DNA from: Minisyncoccota bacterium
Lineage (GTDB): Bacteria > Patescibacteriota > Minisyncoccia > Minisyncoccales > RBG-13-42-11
Length of the DNA: 64,000 bases
Assembly: GCA_028712445.1 (NCBI GenBank)
Contig: JAQTPY010000001.1
Span: forward strand, 50,034-114,033
Direction of reading: 5' to 3'
Shown: in pieces, positions 42,061 to 51,853 of the stretch
Layout: each line of letters begins with the position of its first letter
Numbering within the stretch: position 1 is the first letter of the stretch
Position numbers and translations under genes: made by a program
Notes under the pieces: model-generated
What the model was told of the DNA's origin: nothing
Database searches by the model: none
What the model saw: only the letters and a program-made list of their open reading frames with translations

Positions 42061-42678
42061 CTATTTTGTTATTTCCGGTGGAATTTCAGGATAATATCCC
42101 ACTTCTGATTCTTCGGGATGAAAAAGACTCCAAAACAACTCAATTAATTCAGGAGTGTTTAGGTGGCTGCACTGCAGGCCGCATCTTCTTAATCCTAAAG
42201 CGACAAATTCCATTCTCTGCCAAAGCTGGGATTTAGCTCTTTGAAAGTCGTCTTCCGTGGGCGTTGCAGTATTTGATTTTGTTCCAGGAATATTAAGAAC
42301 GTAAAATGGAACCAAAACATAGAAGGTTTTAGATAAAATCTGGCCTCCGGCAATAAGTTCTTTGATGAATTTCTGATATTCTTCAGTTTGTATTTTTAAG
42401 AGTTCGTTTTGCTGTTTTTGGGCCAAATCGCCAACTTTGTCTATGTATCCTGTAATGTTTAAAATTCTGGACTGGATAACGATTTCCAAGGGGAAATCCA
42501 GGGAATTTAAAAAGTTCTGGAATTGGAAAATGGTGGCTTCCTGTTCTTCAGCTGATTTTAAAGCAAAGTTTTGCGAGGACACGTTTAAAACTCCACGTAA
42601 AGATTTGTTCTTTAAATAGACAACCCCTTCTCTTATTTGTTCTATTTGTAAAAATTGTTGAGTGGATGATGAGGGCAT
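42061..42678 (-). CDS. VirB4-associated protein
   Basis: STQQFL.I..I; NFALKS.EEQ..FLNSLDFP; lies between prgI and virB4. Confidence 0.7.
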   Translation of the reverse strand: MPSSSTQQFLQIEQIREGVVYLKNKSLRGVLNVSSQNFALKSAEEQEATIFQFQNFLNSLDFPLEIVIQSRILNITGYIDKVGDLAQKQQNELLKIQTEEYQKFIKELIAGGQILSKTFYVLVPFYVLNIPGTKSNTATPTEDDFQRAKSQLWQRMEFVALGLRRCGLQCSHLNTPELIELFWSLFHPEESEVGYYPEIPPEITK

Positions 42679-42680
42679 GG

Positions 42681-42998
42681 TCAGGTTTTGGTTTTTAATT
42701 CGTATCTTTTATCTTGCTGTTTTTTCTTTTTCCAGATGTACATTTTAGGAGCGATAAAAAATTTTAAGACACTGCCAAGGGCCACTATAAAAGGACGGCC
42801 GTTGACTTTTATAAAAGACATGGCCAACGCTCCGCCGATAACAAAAACAGCAGCAATATAAAAGACAGGTCTGGGCAAAATGAAGTAAAGCAAAAAACAA
42901 ATTCCTCCTGCTCCGGCAATAAAAAGAAATTGGTTGAAGGTAAAAGGCCCAAATATTTTAGACTCGTATTCAATAAATTGTGGGACTGTAAAGCGCAT
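42681..42998 (-). CDS. PrgI family (VirB3-like) protein
   Basis: VPQFIE.E.KIFGP.TF.QF; two TM; NGRP. Confidence 0.8.
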   Translation of the reverse strand: MRFTVPQFIEYESKIFGPFTFNQFLFIAGAGGICFLLYFILPRPVFYIAAVFVIGGALAMSFIKVNGRPFIVALGSVLKFFIAPKMYIWKKKKQQDKRYELKTKT

Positions 42999-43015
42999 AA
43001 ATTAGTTTTTATTTT

Positions 43016-43522
43016 TTAGTCAATTTGTTCTCTATAACTATCGCTGGACGCAGATCTCTCTTTGACTATTGGGTTGGCTGTTTTCATCTGCAAACCGATT
43101 TCTTTCGGAACAAAAACTTTCTTTTTAGGAAGATTTTTTTCCTCAGAAACTTCGGGTTTGATTTCTTCTATGATCTTCTCTTCCGCCTTTTTATTTTTTT
43201 GAGAATAAAGAATTTCCAAAGATGCTTTTACCGGGAAGAATACATATCTGTTTATTTCTTCGGCAATTTGTTTTGCCTTTTCTTTTTCAACGTCCAGTTC
43301 TTTTTCAATCCTTTCTTGGAAGTTTTCCGGCGGCAAAATACCCAACAAAACCTCTCCAACCAACAGGGAGATGTCTGAAGGAAGATCAACCTCGTTCTTT
43401 TCGCAGACATTCCCAATGCTTTCAGCGGTGGAAGGCGAAAGCAAAGCTTCTTTGAGCTCTTGGGGGAGTTTTTCGTACAACTCCCAGTTTTTTTTAATAT
43501 TTTCTTGAGATAAGGTTGTCAT
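43016..43522 (-). CDS. hypothetical protein
   Basis: LPQELKEAL..VLLG.L..F..I..EL; D.YRE.I C-terminus. Confidence 0.7.
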   Translation of the reverse strand: MTTLSQENIKKNWELYEKLPQELKEALLSPSTAESIGNVCEKNEVDLPSDISLLVGEVLLGILPPENFQERIEKELDVEKEKAKQIAEEINRYVFFPVKASLEILYSQKNKKAEEKIIEEIKPEVSEEKNLPKKKVFVPKEIGLQMKTANPIVKERSASSDSYREQID

Positions 43523-43589
43523 ATTGACATTTTTTAATAAATATGTTAATATTAGAACCAGAAAAATTTAATAAAGGAGGACTAATATC

Positions 43590-43976
43590 GTGGAATGGTG
43601 GGTATGGCTAATAATCGCAGGAGCTCTCGTTCTGGTAATCCTGGCTTTCTCCGGCAACACAACGGTTAAAAAGGTGATCAGGGCCAAGAAGGAGACACCT
43701 CCCCCGGCTCCGGAAGACCCTACGGAGGAAGAAAGAATCAGGTCCCGTATCCGGGAAGAACAAAGGATAGCGGCTTACTATCAGGGGCTTCTTTCTCCCG
43801 AACCGACAGACGTAAAGGGATTGGGGGAAAGGTTAAGGACTCTTCGTCTTCAGGGGAAACTTCTTTCTCAGCAGTATGAAAACAAAGAGCTTGAGAAGAA
43901 GATCCTGGCTGCCACTGAAGCCGCGGAAAAAAGCAATGAGGGATGGGAGCAAAAAATCAACGAGGGGAAACCATAG
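43590..43976 (+). CDS. hypothetical N-terminally anchored coiled-coil protein
   Basis: AGGAGG + GTG start, TM helix; TTGACA-17-TAATAT upstream. Confidence 0.65.
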   Translation: MEWWVWLIIAGALVLVILAFSGNTTVKKVIRAKKETPPPAPEDPTEEERIRSRIREEQRIAAYYQGLLSPEPTDVKGLGERLRTLRLQGKLLSQQYENKELEKKILAATEAAEKSNEGWEQKINEGKP

Positions 43977-43992
43977 CTAGCACTTTGCTATC

Positions 43993-44027
43993 TAGGGGTA
44001 GAAGGAAACTTCTACCCCCTATTTTTT
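43993..44027 (+). terminator. intrinsic terminator
   Basis: ggggtagaag-gaaa-cttctacccc followed by T-tract. Confidence 0.75.
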
Positions 44028-44052
44028 ATAAGAACAAACCTTATTTTCTTTT

Positions 44053-46743
44053 TTATATTAATTTTTTATATTTTGCCAATTCTGCTTTTAGTTTTGCGTC
44101 TCCGTCGATTGTTTTTATCAGTTGAGTTAATTCGCCAGCTCTTTTTATTTGATTATTTGAGATTTCCGCAGGTATTGCCTGGCCCTTGTCTCGCATGGCC
44201 ACAATCACTTTTCCTAATTTTTTTGCTATTTCAGAACCTTCTACAAATTTTTTGATCTGTGGATTGTCTTCAAGTATTTTGTGAGCGTCAAGCTCTCGTT
44301 TCACGTCGCCCTTCCCTTTTTGCTTGCTCAATGTTTCTTTATATCGCTGCAACTGCCCTCTTGACAAAGGATCACTGTCGATAAAATCTCTGGCTTTAAA
44401 TATTTCTTCGTTTCTTTCTATTATCTGTTTTTGGATATCTTCTTTGGCAGGAACCTGTCCGTCAGCTATCGCTTTAAGTATGGAATTTTCATCACTGTCA
44501 ACGCTTTTTTGGTTTTCGATATATTCATTTAGCGGAGAATTGCTTTCCAAGATCTGTTTGGCGGCGACATTTCTTCCGAAATCTTTTTCATCGACGCCGG
44601 CAATTCCTACTCCAAGAGTTAAAGCAGGAGTGTCTATCAAGAACTTTGCTGCTTTGGCATTTCTCATTTTGTGGATTGTTTTTGTTTCAGGAAGTTTTGT
44701 GTTTGGGTTAATTTCAGTCCAAGATGTTTCTTCTATTTCCGTGAACCAATCAAGACCTTTTTTCTTAGCTTCGTTTATATAATCATCAGCGAATGGGGAA
44801 CCGAATTCTTCAACCATTTTACTGATCTTTTTGCCATCATAATTCTTGAGTATAGATTCTCTTATCGTCATTTCTTCTTTCCCAGTATCAGGATTAGTTG
44901 TTTTTGTTAACCAAGATCCGTCTTTAAAATCTTTAACCTCATCTCCACTTGTCTCAGCCCATATTTTATCAGTAAGCGTTCCGTATTTTGCCTGTTCTTC
45001 GGCGCTTAGTTCAAATCCCATCTTAGCCAAGTCATCATTGTTGAGGGTGTGCATAAAGCCCCTGGCCATCCTTTCGGCATCATCTTTTTTGCCAAGCCTG
45101 TTTGATGAAGCGGCTGAGGAGATGATTTCTTCTTTGCTTAATCTGCCCCTCTCAAACATATCCCAGACTCGTTTTTTGCTTTCTTTTCCTGCTTCAATTC
45201 CGCCGGCAATCAGACCGGTTAATTTTTCTTTATTGCCCAATCTTTTGGCCGCCATGATTTTTCTTTCCAGATTTTCAGGATCCTTAACGTCTTTTGCGTC
45301 TTTTTTGCCCACCTCAACCCCTGCCATGGTTTTTTCGCCAACGGTTGTGCCAGCCACCCTGTAACCAAAGTCAATCATGTTTCCTGCTCCTAGCCGCATT
45401 TTGTTTAACAAACCTACTTTTTGACCGCTGGCCACTTTCGCCCTTAAATCTTCTCTGGTATTTTGAGTGAATTCTCTCAAACCCCTGTCAGTTCTGCTCC
45501 TTAGCGCGCTCAAGCCCTTCTTTTTGGCCCAATTAAGCCCTTTATTTCCCCACTGGAGAACCGCTTCTGTTCCCCCGCCAGAGAATTTCAAAGTCACGAC
45601 GAAGCCGATTATCATAAAAGCAATAAAGGCGATCAAGACAAACGCGCCATTCATTATATAAGTAACGGGAGATATTATGATTTGCATAATTCCTTCTGCC
45701 CCTGTTTCGGTTATTTTAGGATAAGGTATGTCGGCCTTGGTTAAACGTCCCGCCAAGTAAAGGAAGAATCCTCCTATTGCTCCGATAAAAGACCATTGGA
45801 TGAAATAATTCAACCACATTTTGAAGACTTTTTGGGTGGTGGGTAGAATTTGGCAAAACCAGGCGATAGGGGCCAAGATGACCAAAATCCACAAAGCAAC
45901 TATTCTTATTGCAAAAATGGCAACATAAAGCAAAATAACGATTCCAGCCATAATCCCGAAAAGACTCATCATTACGGTGTCTATTATAAGAGTTATTATT
46001 TGTTGGGGATTTAGATATTTAACAAAAATATCCAAAATACTCGTCCATGTCTTAGTCGGTTCTATTTGAGTAATTTCCTCTCCATCTATGATAATGGTCG
46101 ATGTTTCGGGTTGCATTTGGTCAGCTAGGCCAGTAAAGACTGAAACAAAATCACCCAAAGGAGTTTTATTAAAGAACGTCATAAAATTATCTCCCAAATT
46201 TCCGATTAAAAAGTGTCGGGTTACTATATTGGCAATATCAATCACTATCCCGCAGAATACGGGAACAAAGTTTATTAAAAGAATAACGATGAGAAATTTG
46301 GGTAGAAGTTTTTTTAATCCATAGTTTTCTCTTCTTAAAATAGTGGCTATGGCAATTACAACCAAAACCAAAATAAAAATTAAATTTGCCAGCCCTGTAG
46401 TAACTCTTAGTCCTTCATCAACAATACCGCCACGGGTTGCGGAAAGAGAAACGAACGCCTCGCTGGTGACAAAGGTCAAAAGAGAAGTGCAAAGGGAGTA
46501 GAACGCAAATGACGATAAAGTTATAATTGTCGTTCCGACGATGATGATGGTTATCGGCATACCAAAAAACATCAAAAGAGGCAAATATTTTATATAGTCG
46601 CCAACGTCCATAATCCCTTTCCAGATATCGCTAAGACCGGCAGCGTTGGCAAAGTTAATTGTTGCAAAACTAAACAACAAAATTAACCCGAAACAAGAAA
46701 CTAAGGTTTTTTTGTTTGCTGAAAGTTTTTTGATCAGATCCAT
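44053..46743 (-). CDS. VirB6/TrbL-like large membrane protein with long soluble C-terminus
   Basis: Multiple TM; LPK.LI..LLINF; R.V.LW.L.ILAP.A..C.ILP..W. Confidence 0.7.
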   Translation of the reverse strand: MDLIKKLSANKKTLVSCFGLILLFSFATINFANAAGLSDIWKGIMDVGDYIKYLPLLMFFGMPITIIIVGTTIITLSSFAFYSLCTSLLTFVTSEAFVSLSATRGGIVDEGLRVTTGLANLIFILVLVVIAIATILRRENYGLKKLLPKFLIVILLINFVPVFCGIVIDIANIVTRHFLIGNLGDNFMTFFNKTPLGDFVSVFTGLADQMQPETSTIIIDGEEITQIEPTKTWTSILDIFVKYLNPQQIITLIIDTVMMSLFGIMAGIVILLYVAIFAIRIVALWILVILAPIAWFCQILPTTQKVFKMWLNYFIQWSFIGAIGGFFLYLAGRLTKADIPYPKITETGAEGIMQIIISPVTYIMNGAFVLIAFIAFMIIGFVVTLKFSGGGTEAVLQWGNKGLNWAKKKGLSALRSRTDRGLREFTQNTREDLRAKVASGQKVGLLNKMRLGAGNMIDFGYRVAGTTVGEKTMAGVEVGKKDAKDVKDPENLERKIMAAKRLGNKEKLTGLIAGGIEAGKESKKRVWDMFERGRLSKEEIISSAASSNRLGKKDDAERMARGFMHTLNNDDLAKMGFELSAEEQAKYGTLTDKIWAETSGDEVKDFKDGSWLTKTTNPDTGKEEMTIRESILKNYDGKKISKMVEEFGSPFADDYINEAKKKGLDWFTEIEETSWTEINPNTKLPETKTIHKMRNAKAAKFLIDTPALTLGVGIAGVDEKDFGRNVAAKQILESNSPLNEYIENQKSVDSDENSILKAIADGQVPAKEDIQKQIIERNEEIFKARDFIDSDPLSRGQLQRYKETLSKQKGKGDVKRELDAHKILEDNPQIKKFVEGSEIAKKLGKVIVAMRDKGQAIPAEISNNQIKRAGELTQLIKTIDGDAKLKAELAKYKKLI

Positions 46744-46791
46744 GCAAATAAAATATTAATCCATTATACCAAAGCTGTTTCATCGCGCAAC

Positions 46792-46823
46792 AAAAAAAGG
46801 GCTAACAAGATTCTTGTTAGCCC
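46792..46823 (-). terminator. intrinsic terminator
   Basis: gggctaacaag-att-cttgttagccc with A-tract on the + strand. Confidence 0.75.
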
Positions 46824-46846
46824 CAAGCCAACTAATGGTGCCGAAG

Positions 46847-47389
46847 TTAGTTGACTATTTTGCATTCGGCAAGCTCCACCCATGTGTCGGAGCTGCCCTT
46901 AAACACTCCCTGCACTATTACTGTGTCTCCCACCTTTACGCCGGTCGGGATAGTATTGAAGACGCATTGTACTTTGCTGAAAGATCCTGCCCAAAGCCAG
47001 ACTACCACGCTGTCTGAAAGCGTGTGGATTTCCTTGACAGTGCCCTTCACTAGCAACTCCTTATCTTTATATGCCGATGGATTGTTGTGACCTTCTTTGA
47101 AAATCTGATCAGCATACATTAGAGGGGGAGCAGAAGAAGGAGATGAAGGAGTGTCAGTAATTGTGGGTTTAGACAAAGTTGGTGGGCTGGTCGGCGGAGC
47201 TTTCGGAGTTGCTATGGGCGTGTTTGTTGAGGTTATAGCAACCGTAGGCGCAGAAGCACTAGCTTCGGGATTCATTGCGATTGCTTCTGACGTTGGCGTT
47301 GTCGCTGCGGTGTTGAAGGCAAAGAAGCCCCCAGCTGCAGCCAATAATATTGCGGAGAAGATTATTATAAAAACAAATCTTTTTTTCAC
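46847..47389 (-). CDS. exported OB-fold (tRNA_anti-like) protein with Pro/Thr linker
   Basis: Signal/TM segment, PT-rich linker, YKDK.L.VKGTV..I..VQC.F..VKVGD.V.V.G. Confidence 0.7.
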   Translation of the reverse strand: MKKRFVFIIIFSAILLAAAGGFFAFNTAATTPTSEAIAMNPEASASAPTVAITSTNTPIATPKAPPTSPPTLSKPTITDTPSSPSSAPPLMYADQIFKEGHNNPSAYKDKELLVKGTVKEIHTLSDSVVVWLWAGSFSKVQCVFNTIPTGVKVGDTVIVQGVFKGSSDTWVELAECKIVN

Positions 47390-47541
47390 TGGACACCTCC
47401 TTTTTCAGATGAAATTCGATGCTGTTTATACCCTACCAGAAATTTTGCGTTTTGTCAATAGTCAATAAGGATGTTCAGTTTTTAAACCAAATTTAACTTT
47501 CTACTTTGATTATTGCACAGTTTTCCTTCCTTTGGCAAAAA

Positions 47542-49746
47542 TTAAATAGGAAACTGCCACCATTTGCCAAAGATCTCAATTTGGAATCCCAGTAATGACA
47601 AGAGGAAAGTGACAATAAACCAGGCAGAAAAGACGATCAAAAATCCTTTGCCAAATGATTTCCAAATAGATTTGATTTTGCTCAAGGTGCCAGAATCCCC
47701 CATGGCAGTGTAATAAATTATGCCAGAGCCAGTCACCAGGAAAATCAATAAAATAGGAATCAGGGTCCAGAGGACAAAATCAAGAATGTTTCTGAAAATG
47801 TAGAAAATATCTTTAAATTCGCAAGGCCTGTGATCGTCATAAGGGGTGTCTGGGGAGTCGCAGTTCCTTCCGCAAGGAACCAGCCCTTTTTTGCATTCTT
47901 TATCTCCAGGAACCAAATTGAAAGAGAAATTGGCCCATTCTCCGGCGTCTTGGCAGTCTTTATCCAAGCAGGCCTTGACAGACCAGGAGTAGTTTTGAAA
48001 ATTTAAGTTCCCGGTTTCAAGAAAAGTTGAGTTCGTCCCAACAATGCCTTCGGGGCCTCCCGAAATCTTGTATTGATAATAGTTGGCTCCTTCCACAGGA
48101 TTCCAGGAAAGGTTTTTTTGATAAGAAATTAATTCTCCGCCGTTTGAGGGTTCAGGATTTGCCACTTGGGGAAGAGTGAAAGTAGTGAAATTTTTTACAG
48201 AGGAATTTCCGCAGATTTTAGCTTCCCTGTCAGCACAGGTTTTAAGAGCTAACCAATAGTTCGTTTTCGTTTTAAGGAGAGGATAATCGGCCAAAGGATT
48301 GGCTCCCGCGAAAGGAAGGAGGCCTGAAGACAAAATTTGAGAAAAGCTTCCATTAGATGAAAGCTCATAATAATAAGAGGCGGCTGCCGGCATTTGGTCA
48401 AAAGTCAAAGAAACGGGAATTAAGGGGAGCCCCTGGTTTCCGAAAGGGCTGATTTTAATGTTTGTTGGAGGAGCCCCTGTGGTTTTGAAAGTCAAGTTAT
48501 TAAAAATTTGTTCGCAATTGTTCCCTTTTTCGTCCCAACAAGAACTTAACTTCAAGGTGTAGCCTTGATTAAGTTCAAGTTTGTTCCAGATATCGCTGAA
48601 AGGAACGGAAGTGATTTCTCCCGAAGTGGTGGCGCTTATTATCGTCAGGCCGTTTTTTAAAATTTCATATCTGTAGGAGAGCACCCCTTTCAGCCCCATT
48701 GATTCCCAGGAGATGGAGTTTGAAAGATTGACCGTGTCTGAGTCTTTGGGGAAATTGATCACGGGAGCAAGAAGGTTCAGAGTGCCTGTGTTTATTTTCC
48801 AATATTGACTGAAATCTCCGCACTCTGAACCTTCTTGATTTTCCTTGCATTTTTCTCCGCAATCAGTGCCGTCCGCATTCAAACAGGCGGCGATTTCCCA
48901 AGAATAATCACTAAGCTTGGTAAAAATATCTGTCCCATATTCTATTTCCGAACTTTCAATGTTTTCTTTTTCATCGATGGGAACGGGAAAAAATATCTTT
49001 CCGTCTTTGTACAGCTTAAGAAAATATGATTCAGCGTCATTTACTGAGCACCAGTCAAGTTTCACTGGCACGGAAGTGTTTTGGGCGCTCTCTTCCCCTT
49101 GCCAGTCGGGGTCTTTCGGCGAAACTAGTTCTGGCGCCAGAGAGGTTTTTAAATTCCAGTTGCTGGAATTTCCACAGTTGGTTCCGTTGGCGTTGCAGCA
49201 AGCAGAGACATCCCAGTTATAAGAAGAATTGGAGTCAAGAAGACAAGAACCATTGTCTTCTTGGACATCATATTCAGATTTATTAATTATTTTTGAGACT
49301 ATCTTGTTGTAAATATTAATTACGTAAGATTTAGGTCCGGTAGACTCTCCCCAGCCTGCCACGTCGTTCCAATCCAGTTTTACGGGCAGCTTAATATTAT
49401 TTTTATCTACGCTTTTTGAAGACTGGTCTGAATAATAGGGATTATCGTAATACCTGTCGCCAGAAGGGGTTTCCAAGCATTCTCCCTGACAGGAACAGGA
49501 AGGCGGAGAGGCGCTGCATCTTTCCCAGGATTGGCATTCCTGGACTAATATGTCTTCGCATTCGCTTCCTCCACAGCAGGGCTCCCCGGGAGTCACGTAG
49601 CGGAGCTCTCCTTCGCAGCCTCCGGCGCAGTAATAATATCCTCCGCAGGGGCAAGGGATGCATTTTTCCCCCTCAGCTTTTGCTTGCTGAAAAAATAAAA
49701 AAATAAAAAACAGTAAAATAAAAAATATGAAAAACTTTTTCATCAT
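47542..49746 (-). CDS. Cys-rich surface protein with FN3-like repeats and C-terminal pilin-like domain
   Basis: Signal peptide; five Y.W.V.AC..C repeats; GLVPCG..C.F followed by two TM. Confidence 0.7.
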   Translation of the reverse strand: MMKKFFIFFILLFFIFLFFQQAKAEGEKCIPCPCGGYYYCAGGCEGELRYVTPGEPCCGGSECEDILVQECQSWERCSASPPSCSCQGECLETPSGDRYYDNPYYSDQSSKSVDKNNIKLPVKLDWNDVAGWGESTGPKSYVINIYNKIVSKIINKSEYDVQEDNGSCLLDSNSSYNWDVSACCNANGTNCGNSSNWNLKTSLAPELVSPKDPDWQGEESAQNTSVPVKLDWCSVNDAESYFLKLYKDGKIFFPVPIDEKENIESSEIEYGTDIFTKLSDYSWEIAACLNADGTDCGEKCKENQEGSECGDFSQYWKINTGTLNLLAPVINFPKDSDTVNLSNSISWESMGLKGVLSYRYEILKNGLTIISATTSGEITSVPFSDIWNKLELNQGYTLKLSSCWDEKGNNCEQIFNNLTFKTTGAPPTNIKISPFGNQGLPLIPVSLTFDQMPAAASYYYELSSNGSFSQILSSGLLPFAGANPLADYPLLKTKTNYWLALKTCADREAKICGNSSVKNFTTFTLPQVANPEPSNGGELISYQKNLSWNPVEGANYYQYKISGGPEGIVGTNSTFLETGNLNFQNYSWSVKACLDKDCQDAGEWANFSFNLVPGDKECKKGLVPCGRNCDSPDTPYDDHRPCEFKDIFYIFRNILDFVLWTLIPILLIFLVTGSGIIYYTAMGDSGTLSKIKSIWKSFGKGFLIVFSAWFIVTFLLSLLGFQIEIFGKWWQFPI

Positions 49747-50585
49747 TAATCTATTCTATATGTTTTTAATAAATTCAGCCAATCTTCCAGCTCTAATGTT
49801 TCGGCCCTTCTTTTAGGTTCAATCTTATTTTCAATCAGCCAGGTCCCGACTTTCTCTTTACTCAGATTAAGTTTGTTTGAGAGGTTGTTTATCAATTGTT
49901 TTCTCGGTTGGGAAAATCCAGCTTTTACGATTTTAAAAAATGAATCCCTGTTTTTTTCCTTTAATAATGGCTCTCTAAAAGGAAGAATCTTTATCACTGC
50001 AGCGTCAACGTTGGGTTCCGGCCAAAAGAATTTTCCAGGGACGTAAGAAATGATTTTAGGATTTGCGTAAATCTGGACAGAAACCGCTAAAATATTCATT
50101 CCAGGCGGTTTAGAGCATATTTTTTTTCCAACTTCCTTCTGAATTGTAAAAACCATGCTTTCAGGAGGGTTTTCAGATTCCAGAAATCTTCTGATTAGGG
50201 GAGAAGTTAAATAAAAAGGCAGATTGCCGGCTACTTTGTATTTTTCATTTTGGACACCGAGACTTCCCAGATCCACTCTTAAAGCATCTCCCTCTATTAC
50301 CTCTACATTATTAAGCCCTGCCAGAGTTTCTTTCAAAATTTCTATCATTGTCCGGTCTTTTTCTATGGCTACTACCTTTTTAGCTTTTCTTGCCAGTTCT
50401 TGGGTTAAGACTCCCAGCCCGGGTCCGATTTCTAATACCAATTCATCAGATTGGAGATCTAAAGCTTCGGTAAGTTTTTCTATAGTCGATCTATTCAATA
50501 AAAAATTCTGCCCCAATCCTTTAGAGGGGCGAGCCAGATGGTTTTTCAGGATGTTTTTAATGTCAGATTTGGAAAAAAGATCCAT
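49746..50585 (-). CDS. rsmA: 16S rRNA dimethyladenosine transferase
   Basis: LGQNFL, LEIGPG.G.LT, NLPFY, QKEV, P.P.VD, F.QPRK, RRAE.L. Confidence 0.96.
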   Translation of the reverse strand: MDLFSKSDIKNILKNHLARPSKGLGQNFLLNRSTIEKLTEALDLQSDELVLEIGPGLGVLTQELARKAKKVVAIEKDRTMIEILKETLAGLNNVEVIEGDALRVDLGSLGVQNEKYKVAGNLPFYLTSPLIRRFLESENPPESMVFTIQKEVGKKICSKPPGMNILAVSVQIYANPKIISYVPGKFFWPEPNVDAAVIKILPFREPLLKEKNRDSFFKIVKAGFSQPRKQLINNLSNKLNLSKEKVGTWLIENKIEPKRRAETLELEDWLNLLKTYRID

Positions 50586-50603
50586 ATTTAAAGGTGTACA
50601 AAT

Positions 50604-50646
50604 TGTGGATAAAAAGCTTGACTGAGGAGCCTATTTTTATTATACT
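50604..50646 (+). promoter_or_regulatory. perfect DnaA box next to a sigma70 promoter
   Basis: TGTGGATAA 50604-50612; TTGACT-17-TATACT 50618-50646. Confidence 0.6.
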
Positions 50647-50659
50647 ATTACAAGTCAAT

Positions 50660-51790
50660 ATGAAACGCAAAAGCAAGGGGCTCTTGAGGTGGAGAAAGAG
50701 TCTCAAAAAGCTAAAAAAGTATTTTGAAGGGTCTCTAGAAGATCCTTTCTTCTGTTTTGGAGCAGCCGCTTTATTTTTATTCATTATTGTCTGCTTGAAT
50801 CCGGGAAATATTTCCGGATCCTCAGAAAGCAGAGAGAATCTTTCTTTAGCAGCCCTTTCCCAGGTTTTAATAGATGAATCTGGCGATAAAAACCAGTTTG
50901 CCGGCTTGTCTGCCAAGAAAACTTTAATTGAATCTCCGGGTTTTCTTTTGGTCGGAAATTCCAGCTTAAAGGCAGTCACTTCACCTAGCGCTCTTTCCCC
51001 TCAGATTTTAGGAGCTTTAGTTGGCGATGTTGAATCTTATGACAATGAAAAGAGTGTTCGTGAATACGCCGTTGAGTCGGGAGACACCCTTTGGTCTATT
51101 GCCGACAGATTCGGCATATCAATAGATACCATTCTTTGGGCGAATGATCTAAATAAGAACACTTTGCTTAAAGAAGGGCAACGATTGATAATTCTTCCTG
51201 TTTCAGGCGTCATTCACCATGTTAAGTCCGGAGACACCATATCCGTTGTCGCTCAAAAGTATAAAGGAAAGACAGAAGATGTTATAGCGTACAATAATCT
51301 TTCTAACGAAGGAGATATTTACGTCGGAGACATATTGGTTATTCCTGGCGGGAAAATGCCAAAAGTAACCTATCCCAGTTCACCCAATGTTCCTTTGGCT
51401 GACAGCTACTTTATTTGTCCAATCGGTTCTCCTTGCCGCATTACGCAAGGTCTCCATTTCTATAACGCTGTTGATTTCAGCCATGGAAAATGCGGCGAAG
51501 TGATTTATGCTGCAGCTGCCGGGACCGTCCAGAGGGTTAACATGACAAATTCCACTTACAGGCTGGCAAATAACGGGTATGGAAGCCACATGACCATATT
51601 GCATCCCAATGGAGCAGTCACTTATTACGGGCACATTGCCGCTATTCTGGTAAATACGGGAGACAAAGTTTCCCAGGGCCAGCCTATAGCTTTGATGGGA
51701 GGAAAACCTGGCACTGCTGGAGCAGGGAAATCAACAGGTTGTCATCTTCATTTCGGAGTTTCAGGAGCTAGAAATCCTTTTGCGAGATAG
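50660..51790 (+). CDS. LysM-LysM-M23 peptidoglycan endopeptidase
   Basis: Two LysM (GDTL..IA); H..AVD, YYGH, STGCHLHF. Confidence 0.9.
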   Translation: MKRKSKGLLRWRKSLKKLKKYFEGSLEDPFFCFGAAALFLFIIVCLNPGNISGSSESRENLSLAALSQVLIDESGDKNQFAGLSAKKTLIESPGFLLVGNSSLKAVTSPSALSPQILGALVGDVESYDNEKSVREYAVESGDTLWSIADRFGISIDTILWANDLNKNTLLKEGQRLIILPVSGVIHHVKSGDTISVVAQKYKGKTEDVIAYNNLSNEGDIYVGDILVIPGGKMPKVTYPSSPNVPLADSYFICPIGSPCRITQGLHFYNAVDFSHGKCGEVIYAAAAGTVQRVNMTNSTYRLANNGYGSHMTILHPNGAVTYYGHIAAILVNTGDKVSQGQPIALMGGKPGTAGAGKSTGCHLHFGVSGARNPFAR

Positions 51791-51802
51791 AAAGAAAAAA
51801 GT

Positions 51803-51837
51803 AAAAAGACACGGAGGTTAGACCTCCGTGTCTTTTT
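51803..51837. terminator. bidirectional terminator
   Basis: aaaaagacacggaggt-tag-acctccgtgtcttttt. Confidence 0.85.
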
Positions 51838-51853
51838 GATGCTAAAAGAAGAG

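Noticed and set aside
49442-49663. Arg-rich protamine-like ORF
   Set aside because: Alternate frame of the GC-rich, Cys-encoding part of the adhesin gene
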